Part shown: positions 14,106 to 28,955 of the stretch, piece after piece
Position numbering within the stretch: position 1 is the stretch's first letter
Layout of the letters: each line of letters starts with the position of its first letter
From: Mytilus trossulus
Taxonomy: Eukaryota
Reading direction: 5' to 3'
Length of the DNA stretch: 64,000 nt
Assembly (NCBI RefSeq): GCF_036588685.1
Contig: NC_086384.1
Location: 40,300,001 to 40,364,000 of the forward strand
The notes under the pieces: model-generated
Database searches by the model: none
Told to the model about the DNA's origin: nothing
What the model saw: the letters and a program-made list of their open reading frames with translations, nothing else
Program-made: the position numbers and the translations under genes

Positions 14106-15289
14106 TTGCATTTTTAACCCAGATGTTAAGGGATTGATATCTAATAATTGTTGAGTCACATATATAATGTTGGTGACAGCGGGTTTTATTTGTAGATAAC
14201 TCGGGGTTTTAAATTTTGTATTTACTGGTTGCTGTCAATCACATGAAATTTTCTTTTATCAAAATCCTTACAAATATGATTACACTTATCAAAAGAAATA
14301 AAACGCCGACTATTTCATCCAAATACATGAAATAAATCGGTTTGCTAAATTGGTCTACTAATTCAATTTTGAAACTCAACAGTCATCTTTTCAAGAATAT
14401 CTATGATACTATATCAGAAAATTTAAGTAATCAAAAGAAAACAGATCTGAAATTTCAGATTTACGGTTTATTGATAGAATTTCAGGATAATCAAATAAAT
14501 TGAAAATATGATGAAGATTTGTCTGTGTTTCTTTGCAAAGGGGTTTTGAATGAAATATTGAAATTCTGAATTTTTTTTTCCCGAAGTCTCTGTTCCACAG
14601 CGAGTACATGTACCTCAACTTTGGATTTAAATAGTTTATATCACATACTGAGCAAAGATACTAGTCTTATGATAGTGTACGCCAAGGCGCGTTTCTTCTC
14701 CGATATACCCATCAGTAAAGCTCGATTAACACAACGTGAAAAAGCCTAAATAAAGTACGAAGTTGAAAAGCATTGCGTATAACAATTTCAGAAAGGGTTT
14801 GTCAAATACAGCTAACTTAAAGGTAATCTATTCCTTTTCGAACAATCAAATTAATAAACCTCTGCTCAAAATACCTTTAACTACGTACACATCTAACTGA
14901 AATACTTTCTCGCTACATTGAAGACCTGTTGGTGACTTTCTGCTGTTTTTTTCTATGGTCGGGTTGTTGTCTCTTTGACACATTCCCCATTTCCATTCTC
15001 AATTTTATTATTTATACTTTTTTACAAATATTATGATCAGTTGTATGTATACGATTACTATTCTATTTTCATCTTGTATTGTTTAACTTTAATTTTTTAT
15101 GTGTTTTTGTTGTCTTTCATGGGTTTCCGTTCTTCATGTTTGATTTGTAAACTGATCTTTTATCACGTTCTCTGTTTAATACATCTGGGAGTTACAACAT
15201 TATAATACATAAAATTCTTTATTTAACGAAGGTAACACATTTAACAATTACATGTTAATCTTCCATGAGGCCTTCAAAAACTATTAATA

Positions 15290-16070
15290 CAAATAGAAAA
15301 CAGACAAAAATACATACAAAATAAAATACATAATACAGTTTAATATAGCAGCTTAAATATTGAATAAGCACATATATGAATTCAGTAGAAGAAACAATAT
15401 GCATTAGTTTCGTGCATCTTTATTCTGTTCAGTTAGAAAATAGTTTGAACAGTTGGTCTTAAATGTATCTAAATTATCTTTTTCTTTAATATTCTTTGGT
15501 AAATTATTCCAGGTAATAAGACCAGAATATTTAAATGTTCTTTTTAAAAAATCAGAATTAGGTCTTGGTGCATGAAGAAGTGTTGATGTTGTCGATCTCA
15601 GACAATAATTATAAAGATCAGCACAAGCAGTAAATTTAATAGATAGATAGTCAGGTGCTAGACCATTCATACAATTAAACATTAACACAGCTTGAAAATA
15701 GTGTATCCTCGTAAATATAGTCATCCATGCAAGTTTTTTAAACATTACTGTTGATGGAAAATCAAAAGAAACAGATAAAACTAATCTTGCATCACGTTTT
15801 TGGAGCTTATGTATCCTCTCCAGATTAATATGTGTGGTAAGACCCCATACTGTACAGCAGTTGTCAATAATGGGTAATATATAGCTATTGTAAAAAAAGA
15901 TTAAGACCCTTAAATGGTAAATAACGTTTTAAGCTTTTTAACAAATATATTCTGGTTGAAATAGTTTCGCATATTTTATCAATTTGAATTGACCATGATA
16001 GGTTTTTATCAATATGAATTCCGAGAAGTTTTTCAACTTCAACATTATCTAAAGCGATATTATCTTGTGA
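15290..16070 (-). mobile_element. Non-LTR retrotransposon (L2/CR1-group) RT C-terminal fragment with 3' tail
   Basis: EKLLGIHIDKNLSWSIQIDKIC...ILPIIDNCCTVWG...KLQKR.ARLVL...FNCMNGLAPDYLS...KRTFKYSGLITWNNLP, the typical post-RT region; disrupted by a frameshift. Confidence 0.85.
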
Positions 16071-18992
16071 TAAAACACATAAACATTCATTACAGTTTAA
16101 TTGTTAATCTAAGAACAAAGACTTAACACAGCCACCAACAGTAGAATATGAGACCGCTTGATTTCTTATCAAAAGGTTAAATACTTTGAACTTGCCTTTG
16201 TTATTTTGTTTTAAACAAGATGTATTGATTAACTTCACTGTTTTCTGTGTTTTGATGATGTCTTGGTTAACTCTCACTTTTCGTGGGTTTTTGTTTTCTA
16301 GTATATATTGCCGTCATAATAAAATATTAAGCGCCTTTAAAGACTTATTTGTATAAATGTTCTACTGCGTGTATACCTCTGATTAACTTCTAAAAGAAAG
16401 TTATTCTAACTTTTTGATCGGTTGGTTTTGGTTTTAAACGCCACTTTCGGCAGTTTTTGCTACATCGAGACGTTATTGAGTTTTGTGGAAGAATCCATTA
16501 TGTCCAGATAGAATTCGAAACACCGATCTTCTTCAGAAAATAATCGTAGTGATTTAAAATGTAATCAAACATAGATCTACCTTTCGCGTTCATTGGTTAA
16601 AACTGAAAACTTCAATGTTGAAAGGGATACGGTAAGTTAAGTACCCTCGGCTACCCAGGGGTGTTGACATTATTCGACCCGGAGATTAAGTGCTGATATA
16701 TGGTTTAAAAAATGGTTTATCCTGCCACATGTCATAATGTCGATGACTGTGAGTTGATTTGCAGATGTCTCGGTGTTTTAAATTGTGTATCGACTGGTTG
16801 CTGTCAGATGTAATGAATCGTTTTTTAATTATATCTTTACATATATGATGACACTCAAATGCCTTCTACGGTATTTCTTTGAAATAAACCGGTTTTCTAA
16901 ATGGTATTCAATTTTTGAAACTCAACCGTCATCATTCAAAAAATATTTATAGTACTGTATCAGAAATGTTAGGTAATTAAAGGAAAACATATTTTAAATG
17001 TCAGATATACGGGTTCTTTAATTGATTTTCAGTATAATTTTATACCTTCCAATATGGTATAGACATGTCTGTGTTTCTTTGCGAAAGTGCCTTTACTGAA
17101 ATATTAAAATTCTAAATTTTATATTTTTTCCGATGTCTTCATGCCTCAGAGTACCCGAAGCTTTGAATTAAAATTATGATACAAATAAAAAATTGCAAAG
17201 TTACCAGTTTTATGATAGCATACGGCAACGCGCGTATAATTTCGTCTACCAAAGTCTCATCAATAACGCTCGATTCAAAAAATGGTAAAAAAGTCAAAGT
17301 AAGTATTAAATTGACGAGCATTGACGGGCAAAAGTTCAGAAAAAATTGTAAAATACACCTCACAAAGATAAAAAAAAAAAACTGTGGTAGAAAATCGTGT
17401 TTTAAAGAGTTCAAATTAATATACCCCTTTTCAAAATAAATGTAGCCACATCTGATTACCTTAACTGTCTTTTTTATTTAGAAAAAAACATCCTTTGTTT
17501 TATGCAAACGATGAATTCATAAGACATGAACGTCCCTCTGTTATCAACTTGACATTTTTCAAAATATAAAAATATTATATATATATTGACGTGTAAAGGT
17601 CCTTGGTGTAAGATGATAAGTTATAAACTAACGACAGCCCTCACTGTTACATGTACTAACTACTGCCGACAACATTAACATGCAAAGGTCCTTGGTGTAA
17701 CACAGTCGGCACTTAAAGTTTCCGCGCGTAATACCATACATTGTTTAGTCAAAAACCAAACAGAATACAGCTTTCAACATTCGAACCTAAGATCACTTCA
17801 TTTGTTATCAACAGGTTTAGTATTTTGAGTTATATTTCGGTAACTTCAAACATTTTAGGATCATGTTGTATTGATTAACATTTATTGTTCATGTGGTTTT
17901 GTTGTTTATCATAGATTTCTTTTATTACTGCTTTATGTAAACTGATTTTTAAGCACGTTCTCTTATTAATTTTCCCAGGTGTAACATAATGAATTCTTAC
18001 TTTAAGAACCAAGACTAAATACAGCCGTCATTATTAGAATATGAGACCGCTTGATTTTTTTTTATCACTACTGACTTTGAATTTGCTTTGTAATCTTTAA
18101 TTATTATTGAAATTTTCTATAATTTTGACTAACTTTTCTTTTGATAATCCGTGAGGGTTCATAATTTGGTTAAGAAAATGATTAAAATTATCTGGAATTA
18201 ACAGCATTTGTGTTTAAAAGATGTTGAATATATAAAAAAAAAAAAAGAATAAACTTTGATAATGTTGAAAAAACAAGTGCTCCTCTCATTGTTTTCCCGA
18301 GTGAACTATAATTTCTTTCAATATGCTGTTAATGCCATAATTACAGATAAATCATTGTGTTAATTGTGTGAGTTGTGAACACATTTTAATTTTACCATAT
18401 GCAAATAAGTGTTAAAATTGTAACTTTCAATTTGACTCATTTTTCTTTCCATGATCATGAATCTGTCTGATATCTGACCAACAAAACTGTACTGCGTAAG
18501 AATACACAGTTGATTAAATGTTCGGTTAAAACACGACGTAACCGAAAATACAAATCGAGATTTTGAATTTCTTTTTTTTTCAGATTGAAGCTTTGTTATT
18601 ATTTTTTTTGGTGTATGCGTCTGTCACTTCGTTCACTTTGTTTAAAGTCAGAAACCTCAACAGCGAGTGATGAAATGCTATTTTGGCACTAATGTGCTAT
18701 TTTAGTTTTGAAGGTTCGGAGAAGCCAGAGTGCACGGATAGAATCATACCGACCATTGATAGGAAATCTGACATTCCTAATCAGTTTAGATTGTAGTCGA
18801 TCATACCTGTCATAACTTTAAAGTTGAAACAGCAGTTCGACTACTCAAGACCGTTATCGAGGTCTCTAGGAACTTCTACAGTGATTGGCTTTAGTAAAGA
18901 TTGTTTAAATGTGTGTAAATTTGCAATTAATAATTTGGTCCATAATAATGTTTCATATTGGTTTAAATAAAATTAACGGTACCAATTTTCTT

Positions 18993-19036
18993 GCACCAGA
19001 TGCGCATTTCGACAATACATGTCTCTACAGTGATGC
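18993..19036 (-). ncRNA. Hammerhead ribozyme motif of a second family (AUC triplet; core variant CUGUAGA)
   Basis: Reverse complement gcatca-CTGTAGA-gacatgtattgtc-GAAA-t-gcgc-ATC-tggtgc; the stems differ in sequence from the main family but still pair. Confidence 0.65.
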
Positions 19037-20934
19037 TCGTGGCCAAAATATTTGAAATCCAAAGCTTATATAAAATATATTTAAAGATAGGCTACTTTTG
19101 TAATCAATTTAAACACTAGTCGAATGATTTCAATTTGATATATTCATGCGCGATGAAAAAGTTGACATGGACATACAAAAAATAATGTTGGATGTATATA
19201 AAAAGGATTAAACACATATTAGTTATTAATGTTTAAACTAGGTCACTGATCATGACTCATTTACTTTATCATAAAGTCCTCCTGACTTTTATTCATCTTG
19301 TGGTTTAATCAACCAACTTAACACAACAATGACCTTTAGAAAAAAATGTTTAATACAAATATAATTTTGCTCAGAGGCGAAATGTGCAGACGACAGATCT
19401 ATGATAGATTATCAACTTTTCTAAGAACTATTTTCTCTCTCGGCGATTTATATATAAACAGTCATATATATAAATAAACTCATCATCCAATGTAGGTACA
19501 GCCTACCGTGTAAGGGCTGTAATGTCAGTCAATGTCGTTAAATACCGCCATCATGTAGATATAAGGATTGCAATTGTATACGTCAGACGCGTATAATTTA
19601 TTATTTAGCCTCCTGTACAAAATGTAGATTGATGAAATGGTTAACCTCTGGCAAACATGGTGTCTTTCGGGGTTTTGTGTCAATTGATTGCTGTATCATG
19701 GATGTAACAAATTGTATGTCCTTTTCAAATTTAAAACAATTGCGATATATAAATAATACTATAACATTAAGCAATTAAAAATTATACATTTTTTATTCCA
19801 TAATCTGCTTTTTTATGACTATTTTGTATTACACCTTTTTAAATGAGTTTTGTAGTCTCAATCTGTCATGAATCAGTTTTGTGTACGGCCTGGAATTTAT
19901 TTAAAGTTATGGTGTAATCAACACATTTTATTGAAGTTTATTGTCCCCTTTTTATACACCCCTTTATAGTTCCTTTTTTTCCCGTGCTTTAAAAGGTATT
20001 GAATTATGTTCTTTCAATACTGTTTAGAAAATTGTAAAAATTGCTTGAGTGTTAATAAAAACATTGAACAATTATTGTCAGCAAGTATAGTTATATATTA
20101 TATCCGTTTTACGTAAAATATTTTACCAACATTACAAACCAACTACTCTATTTTTTAATTTCAGAAGGGTTTGTTTTAGAAAAATCTGAGAAGGGATATA
20201 CACTTATCATTCAAATACCTCTTATTCTTGGTTTTTCAAATTGATTTTCGTGATCATAAGAATTGAATTTCACTTTGATTAAGATGTTTTTCTCGTCCCG
20301 CAACACTGAAATTGATTGTACTTCTTTGTTGTGATGTTGTTTGTAGATTAAAATATTTACATAACTGCCTTTTTTGCTGATTTTAAAATTGATGGATTTT
20401 TTTCTCGTGATCACAAGCATTCGGTTCGATTAAGATAAATTTTCCCTCGTGAGCGGCAACAATCTATTTAATTGAACCTTTTTTGTTTGTGATGTCCAAT
20501 TGAAGATTCCATTTTAGAATACCTGACAACTTCTTATATATCATCTCTTGCCATGATTTAGTGTTTTAACCTAAAGAACAATGGGTTTAAATGAATATAT
20601 GTATCTAAATGTAGTTGCAACTCCTTTGTATGCCATAGAAAGTTAATTAATCCATTACCATATATATTTTCTTGTTATGTTTTCTTCTTTCTCCGATTGA
20701 TATTTTTTTTCAAAGTTGCGGTTGGTACAAGTAAGTGGTCCTTATTTCTATGTAAAGTTTAGCGAATTTAAAATACTATCGTCGTTTTTTTTTAACAAAA
20801 CAAGATTTGTTAATGAATCCAACAAGGCCGTACGGTGACATATAGCTTACAATTGTTGTGTCATTTGGTCTTTTGTGGAGAGTTGTCTCATTGGCAGTAA
20901 TACCAATTTTTTTCTTCATATATTTACATAGATC

Positions 20935-22200
20935 TTGTCTCTCCTTAATGGATTCGCGTCATTGATAGATTCGGCGCAAAAAATACTACTTTTAGCTACT
21001 TCTTTACAAGCAGAACCAAATACAATGAAAATCCCAACTTTGTACTGGCTTTCTAAGGTACTCAAAAAACCTTGCAACAATAGATTTATTTCATCTTCAA
21101 GCCATTGTTCCACTACTAAATTGTCTATTCTACTTACTAGTACACTTGGTACAATAAAACACCTGATAATAAATTGTTTAAATAAGGCCTTTGAAAATAG
21201 TGGAATTAGTTACTTTTGAAGTGTCAAAAACTCGTTGGAAGTACTTGATAAATTATATGCATATATTTGGTGATTTTGAATCTGTTCAAAGTTTTGGTTT
21301 TTCTACCCTTTATACCACTTTGACTCATATTCTTATTAAGAAAAAATGCACATCCCTAATTCACTGGACGTTTAAAAAGTCAGAATGTGAGTACATATGT
21401 TCAAACTCTTTTATGTATTTTTTGATTTTCAATAAACAAAAGAACTATGTCAATTGGACATGCTTTGATACTATATATGCGTTTGAATTTTTACTTGATA
21501 ACATATTTGTTCGCTTTGGAGATTCCGTATATCGTCAAGTAATTGGAATTCCAATGGGGACTTACGGTGCACCACTTATTGAGGACCTGTTTTGTACTGT
21601 TATGAGTTACAATTTATGACTAAAATAAGCAAAGACCAATCGAAACAACATTTGATAGAAAACATTAACACCGCTTTTAGATTTTGGATGATATATTGGC
21701 TCTCAATAATGACGACTTCAGTATGTATATTTATCCTGTTGAAATAACATTAAATAAAGCGGTGTTTATATATTCCAACTTGTACGATTCGCTCGTGTAT
21801 GTAACAATGTTTTAGATTTTAACGAGAGAAATTTATGTATTACTGAAAAATTATTACACCAGGGTTTTCGATATCACACACTAGTCAAAACATTTACTAA
21901 ATTTTATCATCGGTACAAGGACATCATTCGTAAATATAGCTCAACATGCAGACTTCATATACGTTCAGGTATTTCACATCCATTTTTTTATGGAAATATC
22001 CTTATAAAGCACAAAGGTGTCACTATTCACCTCAGAAACTAACAAAACATTTGAATAGACTTATTAAGAAGAAATATAGTTACGATACTGTTTTTAGGTC
22101 ATTAAAGGTTGCATATTTTGGCGTTAATTTTGATTCACTTATAGGGTCTTTGCGTCAGAACTAAACACATTTATTCAAAAACCAGTTGTTGGCATGACAC
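20935..22200 (+). mobile_element. Decayed Penelope-like retroelement reverse transcriptase (5'-truncated; RT runs to the C-terminus, Naiad-like)
   Basis: Frameshifted motifs IPTLYWLSK..K..RFISSSSHCSTTKLS, VQSF(G)FSTLYT, YRQVIGIPMGT..APLI.DL, FR..LDDILALNN, GVYI.QLVRFARVC. The ORF ends ...SLIGSLRQN* with no visible C-terminal GIY-YIG domain. Confidence 0.85.
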
Positions 22201-23137
22201 GGGTTATGTTATTCTCATATATTTTATGATGGTATGATACTAAACCCCTAACGGGCAGGATTGTGCCTGATGCTCATATGATGAAATCATAATCTTTCAA
22301 TCAGTTTAATTGAAGTCTGGAGCTGGCATGTCAGTTAACTGCTAGTAGTCTGTTGTTATTTATGTATCATTGTCGTTTTATTTATTTTCTTTTGTTACTT
22401 CTTCTGACATCGGGCTCGAACTTTTCTTGAACTGAATTATAATGTGTGTATTGTTATGCGTTTACTTTTCTACATTGGCTAGAGGTATAGGGGGAGTGTT
22501 GAGATCTCATAAATATGTTTAACCCTGACGCAATTGTGCGCCTGTTCCAATTCAGAAGCGTGTTGTAGTCTTGTATATCTTTTAATTTAAGTTTCTAGTG
22601 TATAATTCTGAGTTAAGCATGACGTCCATTATCACTGTACTAGTACATGTAGTATACATGTTGTACATATAGTCCATCTGAAGGACGCATACGGGTGCGA
22701 GAGTTTCTCACTACATTGAAGACCCACTGGTGGCCTTCGGCTGTTGTCTGCTCTATAGTCGGGTTGTTCTCGCTTTGACATATTCCCCATTTCCTTTCTC
22801 AATTTTATTATAGAATATTGTTTTGTTTATTGAAATAAAAAAACTTTTCGTGTTGGTAGTAATGATACTTTCGTTTGTTTTTCTGATAGTAAATAGTGCA
22901 AATAATCTTCATTTATTCGTTGGAACATATTTTTTTTTGCAAATGTATATTTAGTCATCTTTCGTACGCATGTTATCTCCTGCATAACCTGACGCATGAC
23001 TCTTTTTTTCTAAATTTGTATCTAATTCATAACTTTAAAAAACTTTAAAGCTGCATGCTAGTTTTACGCTTTATCTACACTTTACAGGCAAAAGAAAATG
23101 ACGTATGTAATTGACACTTTTCTAACACGAATGCTTA

Positions 23138-23292
23138 TATAACTCTTCTAAACATCAACCCAACAATGTTAGATATCACAGTAGCATGGGTTCGAATCCC
23201 GGCGAGGGAAGAACCAAAAATTTGCGAAAGCAAATTCACAGATCTAACATTGTTGAGTTGATGTTTAGACGAGTTGTATATATATATATATA
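23138..23292 (+). mobile_element. Truncated tRNA-derived SINE-like insertion with an inverted copy of its tail
   Basis: B-box GGTTCGAATCC (23189-23199); ~36-bp inverted arms at 23138-23174 and 23242-23279; (TA)n tail. Absent at the paralogous position (~27645) of the local duplication. Confidence 0.6.
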
Positions 23293-26200
23293 AATATATT
23301 CAATAATATTTTTTTTTATTTTGATCCTGAATTTATCAGCAAGAATACAAAGCGAGCTCGCGAAGTAAAAAATCTTATTTCTTTTTATCGGCAGTTTGTG
23401 TCCCAAATGACGTTTTTTGTTGTCAATAATTTGTTAAGAATATTAAGTAACATGATATTATAGTAAATATTAGTTATTTTAAGCGTAAAACAATGCGATA
23501 GTTGTTCAGATGTATGAATGAAATTACATGCATGTCATTGGTAAATTTTTGCTATTGGACATGAATGCTCGACGTCATTATCTAACATTTCCGAGCAAGC
23601 CTTTGAACTCATTACTCTATTAAAAAAATAATGTAAATGCTTTAACAAATACGAAAATAAGTTGACCAGGAAATAATTTGTTGTCTTTTTCTATCTCTTA
23701 CTTTATTTTTATCCAATCTTTATGTTAAGTTATGCTGCTTAAAGAAAGATAACTGCGTTCAATCATCATATCAAATAGAAGTTAAGATTTTAGACGGAAA
23801 GCTTATTGCTTGCTGGTAACAAGAATTTTACACCTGCTATGTACAAGTCATGTTGTACAAGATCTACATTCATAGTCGAATCTTTAATGTACTATTTTAC
23901 AAGATACCATTCCGCAATTGCGCAGTTATGTAACATTGATTTGTGCAGTAATTCCAAACAAAATAATGAAAATGATATCATCTCTTTTTGGGCATTCTGA
24001 AAAGTCTCAGTCTTTGTCTGGTCTTTAGTTTCAATAAAAATATTTGACCACCACATCTAGTTTTAAAAGTTTCAAGTGTAGATATATATGTCTGTCTTTT
24101 TAGTTCAGCAACCTACTAGTATATTAATGTGTAGGACGACAAAATATCTTACCAGTAGTAACAGGTTAATTGTCTAGTCTTTATAATAGATAACCTTCAA
24201 CAAACTGCACCTCAACTTTTTTTCTGGAAACATGTATGTTCCTTAATTACTTTCGAAGAACAATATACTATTGATATTTTAAAAATATTCTGCGGAAAGT
24301 GATGTAAATAAACAAAATTTATAGGGCAATTACGATCATGGAATTTTATTGGTTTCAATTGCCATCCTTAAACAATTTTTTTTTTTAATACATGTAAACA
24401 CCGTTCTAAACTTCACATTGACGATCACTTACTAAAACGCATATCCGACTTTTTTTTTAATATTGCATTTGATACAAGGCATTAGTCAGACATGTCATTA
24501 TAATGACCGATCCATGTTTTATATTTCTACAAGCAAAATCATGTTCCGTAGTTGACGTTTGTCGGTGTGGTTCATTCTAAGTGATTCTCGTTTCACGTTC
24601 ATTATATAGATGATACCGTTGGTTTTCTCATTTGAATGGCTTTACACTAGTTATTTTTTGGACCCTTTATAGCTAGCTGTTTGGTGTAAGCCAAGGCTCC
24701 GCGTTGAAGATCGTACTTTGATCTATAATGGTTAACTTTTATAAATTGTGACTTGTTGGAGAGTTGTCTAATATATATAAGCCTTTATCAAATGTAAACC
24801 ACAAGACACTTACTTCAGATCTATATTTTTAGTTTTTAATATCACCGTCATTAAAATAACCAACAACTCAAATATCAGCATTTTGAAGTCTGTAGGAAGG
24901 AATTTTCTGTGTACACAAAATTTATATTATGTGCACTAAAATTATCTTTATTTTATATAGATTTCTATATCAGAAGTAGAAATTAAACGTGTATATGGTC
25001 AGTGTTCCTGATATACTTATTTCTATTGCTGAAGTTTTTCGTGTCTCATGTTGCAATCTGTTTACATTTCAATAGTTTACTGCAATGTCTGTATATATTG
25101 AACTTTCTCTAATTCTTCGTCAATTTATCCCTTTCTGCACCCATTGTATAAAACAATTAATCAACGTGTGGTTCATTTGATCTCAGTTTTTCATTGGTGA
25201 AAATCATATTGTGACGTTGAATTTTCTTGTGTTCCTCTTACTTTCTTACTGTTACGGCATGAAAAAAGGTAACCATGCCTGATGACGTCACATAGAAAAA
25301 CCACATCTTTTTTGCAGATCAGTCACAAAGATGGAATAAGTTTGCCTGCGTATTGTTTGAATATCGTTTGAGAAACACATTCCACCATTTTTTTTATGTT
25401 TTCCGTGCAAGACTTAATCAGTTTATTACATTAAACTTTTCCCCAAAATTGCTGATATGTGTGATCTTAATTTTGTTGGTTTCCCTAGATTTCCATTGCT
25501 TCACCGAGTACAGAAATGCAATACCATAGGGTATGTTACCTTTCAAAAAACTATATAATCCGGATTCACAAGAGTGTATGAAAATAGTCAATTTTATATA
25601 TGGATAAAGTATCATATCGTATCACGATATTACTGACTTTTATTCATCTTGTGGTTCAATCAACCGACTTAACACTACAATGACCTTTACAATTAATACA
25701 AACAATGTTTTTCTTTAGAGGCGAAGTATGTAGACGACAATTCTGTGATAGATGATTATCAATTTTTCTAGTAACTTTTTTCTCTCTCGGCGATTTATAA
25801 ATACACAATCATGTATATAAATAAACGCACGTTACAATGTAGATACCAGGATTAAATGTTGAACGCCAGACGCGAGTATTTGAGCCGGCTGTCTATTGTT
25901 GACCTTTGACATACAAGATATTTTTCAGTTTTTTTGGGATAGTTAGAGGTAGGAATGCTGCTAGACAAAACTCATCAGGCACCGACCTTTCCTCTTTTGA
26001 ATTTGTTTGAACCGGTTGAGCATGTTCCATTTTTGATTCAATAATTCTAAATTTCGCAAAACTAAATCAACAAATATTCGAAAAGGGAGTGAAAAGAAAA
26101 TAATACTTTGTTTTGGTTTAAAACCAGAGAGAGAAATAAATTTTATGTATACTGAGGTTTTTGTTATAAAATAAAATGAATGTCTTATAATAAGCTACAC

Positions 26201-28404
26201 AAAAGCTGTTGTTCAAAGAAAACAAAATGCTTTTTAGTAAAAATGGTAAGTGTTCTCAGTAATATAATTTTAAAAGTAACCAATGTTTAGCTATTGTGAA
26301 GACCCAATGACGGCCCGGGATGTTATCTGCTCTCTGGTAGGGTTTTAGTTTATTTGACACAATTCCCGTATCCATTTGCAATATTATTAGTCTCCACAAG
26401 TATGTACTGTAATAGGCTATACATGTTTTATTCAAAATGTACAATCATTGCAAAATGTATTCAATTTAGAAAATACGACAAAGAATATAGAACTGGTATT
26501 CCTCTTCTTCCGGATTTTTTATTTTCTTTCCTCGTGATCACAAGCATTTGTTTTGATTTATATTTGTGTTTTCTTTGTATTTGCCACCAATCAATTTGAT
26601 GACCATTATTGTTTGTGATGTTCATTTGTAACATTTTAACATACCTGACGATTTCATCTAATTTATCTCTCTGACATGATATAAGTGTTTTAAACTAATG
26701 AAAAATGAGTTTGAATGAATATTTTTTACAAAATGCAATTTCAACTCCTTTGGATGCCATACAATATTGATAAACTATCACCATTAGTGTTTTCTCATTA
26801 CTTTTAAGATTTGAATTGATGTATTTGTTTTTCAATGAGCGGTGGCTACATCTAAAAGTTCTGTTGGCGTCACCGGATGTGTCTCGGTATGTAATATCTT
26901 TACTGCAGATCAGATAAATGCTTTGAACATATATATGTATATATACATGTATGATCCGTGTGGAAGACCGTTCTTTGACCTATACTGTTTGTTTTTGTAA
27001 ATTGTGACTTTTACGGATAGTTGTCTCATTTGCACACATACTATATCTTCTTATATCTATACACACGCGTGTGTAGACTCAATGATAGTGTATTGTTTTT
27101 ACACTAATTTGTTTTCAAAACATGCGAAACCGTCCTTGAAAATACGTGACACGGTTTGTAGTCTAGCTAGAACCTATCATTTTGACCGTTTGCACAGAGT
27201 TTAAGGCGGCAAATGTTGTTACTTTTTCAGAAAGGTTCTTGTGACGGGGCATTAATGTAATTACCAATGGGATAAAACGAAGACCTGCAGTTGTTAACTG
27301 CGTCCTTTGGTACGTGTTTTTTAATTGAAAAAGTACAAATCTGATAATCGTTTTTTTTTAATACATGCATGTATATAAATCATCTTTTTTACGCGTGTTA
27401 TCTTATGCATATAACATATTTTACTAAACATGACAAATTACTGAACTGGATATAGTTCATACATGTAAATATCTATATAAAGAAAAAGCTGATGCATTAC
27501 TTTTTTCAAAATTTCTATTTAATTCATATCTTAAAATAATGTTTTAAATCCATAAATTTAAAGATGCATGATAGTTTCACACTTTATCTACACTAGGCGG
27601 GACTTGGAGAATGACGTATGTTATTGACACTTGTCTAACACGATTGCAAAACATATAGGTATTCAATGATGATATATTTTTATGCCGGCTTCATCATCAA
27701 GAATATAAAGCTATCATGCAAAATAAAATATCATTACTCCTATTAACAGCAATTTGTTTTCCAACAGTTATATGTTTTGTTTAGAATAGGAAATAACATG
27801 AAATATTAAATAAAATTGATTTTAAGTGTACACAAATGCGATAGTTGTTCGGTTGTATGAATGAAAGTTTGGCTTGAATGCGGACGTCATTGCCTATGAC
27901 ATAGGGTTAGTCTTTAAATTCACTGATTAATCCAACGAACATTGTTCCCTTGTGTTTATGCTTTATTGAAGTAGATAATCTAAGAGCAGGATAGCTTGAT
28001 ACAAAACCAATAGCTAAGAGAGGAGTCATAAGCTTTGTCTACAGCTTATCTTGAGGATGTAAACAATTAAAAAAAATATATGCCTGACCCTTTTGGTAAC
28101 TTATTTGTCGCAGGGCTTTCTACTCAGCCACGGAAATCAAACGTATGCTACAGAAACAGAGACAATGGTGGTTCAAAGTGAATTAGCATTAAATAAGGTG
28201 TACACAATTTAACAATAATGTCAACTTGATGAGACAAAAATGTTCTCCTTAGAAACATCTCATAATTTGAAACATCAACTAACGTGTTAAATATTGCCTG
28301 TCATTTAGATCTAAAGATTAACATACTTAAACATTTATTTTTGTCAAACTGTTATAAAAAATAGTTTCATAACATTTGAGTTCTTTAGTAACAAGATTTG
28401 TGTA

Positions 28405-28829
28405 AATAAACTCATCATAGATACCAGGACTAAATTAAGTATATACGCCAGACGCGCGTTTCGTCTACAAAAGACTCATTAGTGACTCTCGAATCCAAAA
28501 AAGTTTAAAAGGCCAAATAAAGTACGAAATTGGAGAGCATTGAGGAAAAATTACTAAAAGATTTGCCAAATACAGCTTAGGTAATCTATGCCTGAGGTAG
28601 AAAAGTCTTAGTTTTTCAAAAGAATTAAAACTTGGAAACAGTAAATTTATAAATATAACCATATCAATGACAATTAATATCAGCACGAAAAGTGCTGACT
28701 ACTGGGCTTGTGATCCCCTTGAGGAAATTAATCTCCACCAGGAATGGCATCGACCTAGTGGTTGTGAATAAACTCATCATAGATACCAGGACTCAATTTA
28801 GTATGTTCGCCAGACGCGCGTTTCGTCTT
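28405..28829 (-). mobile_element. Retrozyme-like ~362-nt unit bounded by two hammerhead copies
   Basis: AATAAACTCATCATAGATACCAGGACT...CGCCAGACGCGCGTTTCGTCT repeats with a 362-nt period (28411 and 28773). One hammerhead (28445-28488) has a CUAAUGA core variant; the other is truncated. Confidence 0.75.
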
Positions 28830-28955
28830 ACCATCTGTTGTTATTCACAATGACAATCAAACCTTATATTACTTTAGCACAACGTTTTGGAAATTTTGGA
28901 CCCTCAATGCTCTTCAATTTTGAACTAGTTTGGCTTTATTAATATTTTGATATGA

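Noticed and set aside
23181-23205. tRNA-like T-loop sequence
   Set aside because: Only the B-box is present, with no cloverleaf; treated as SINE-derived.
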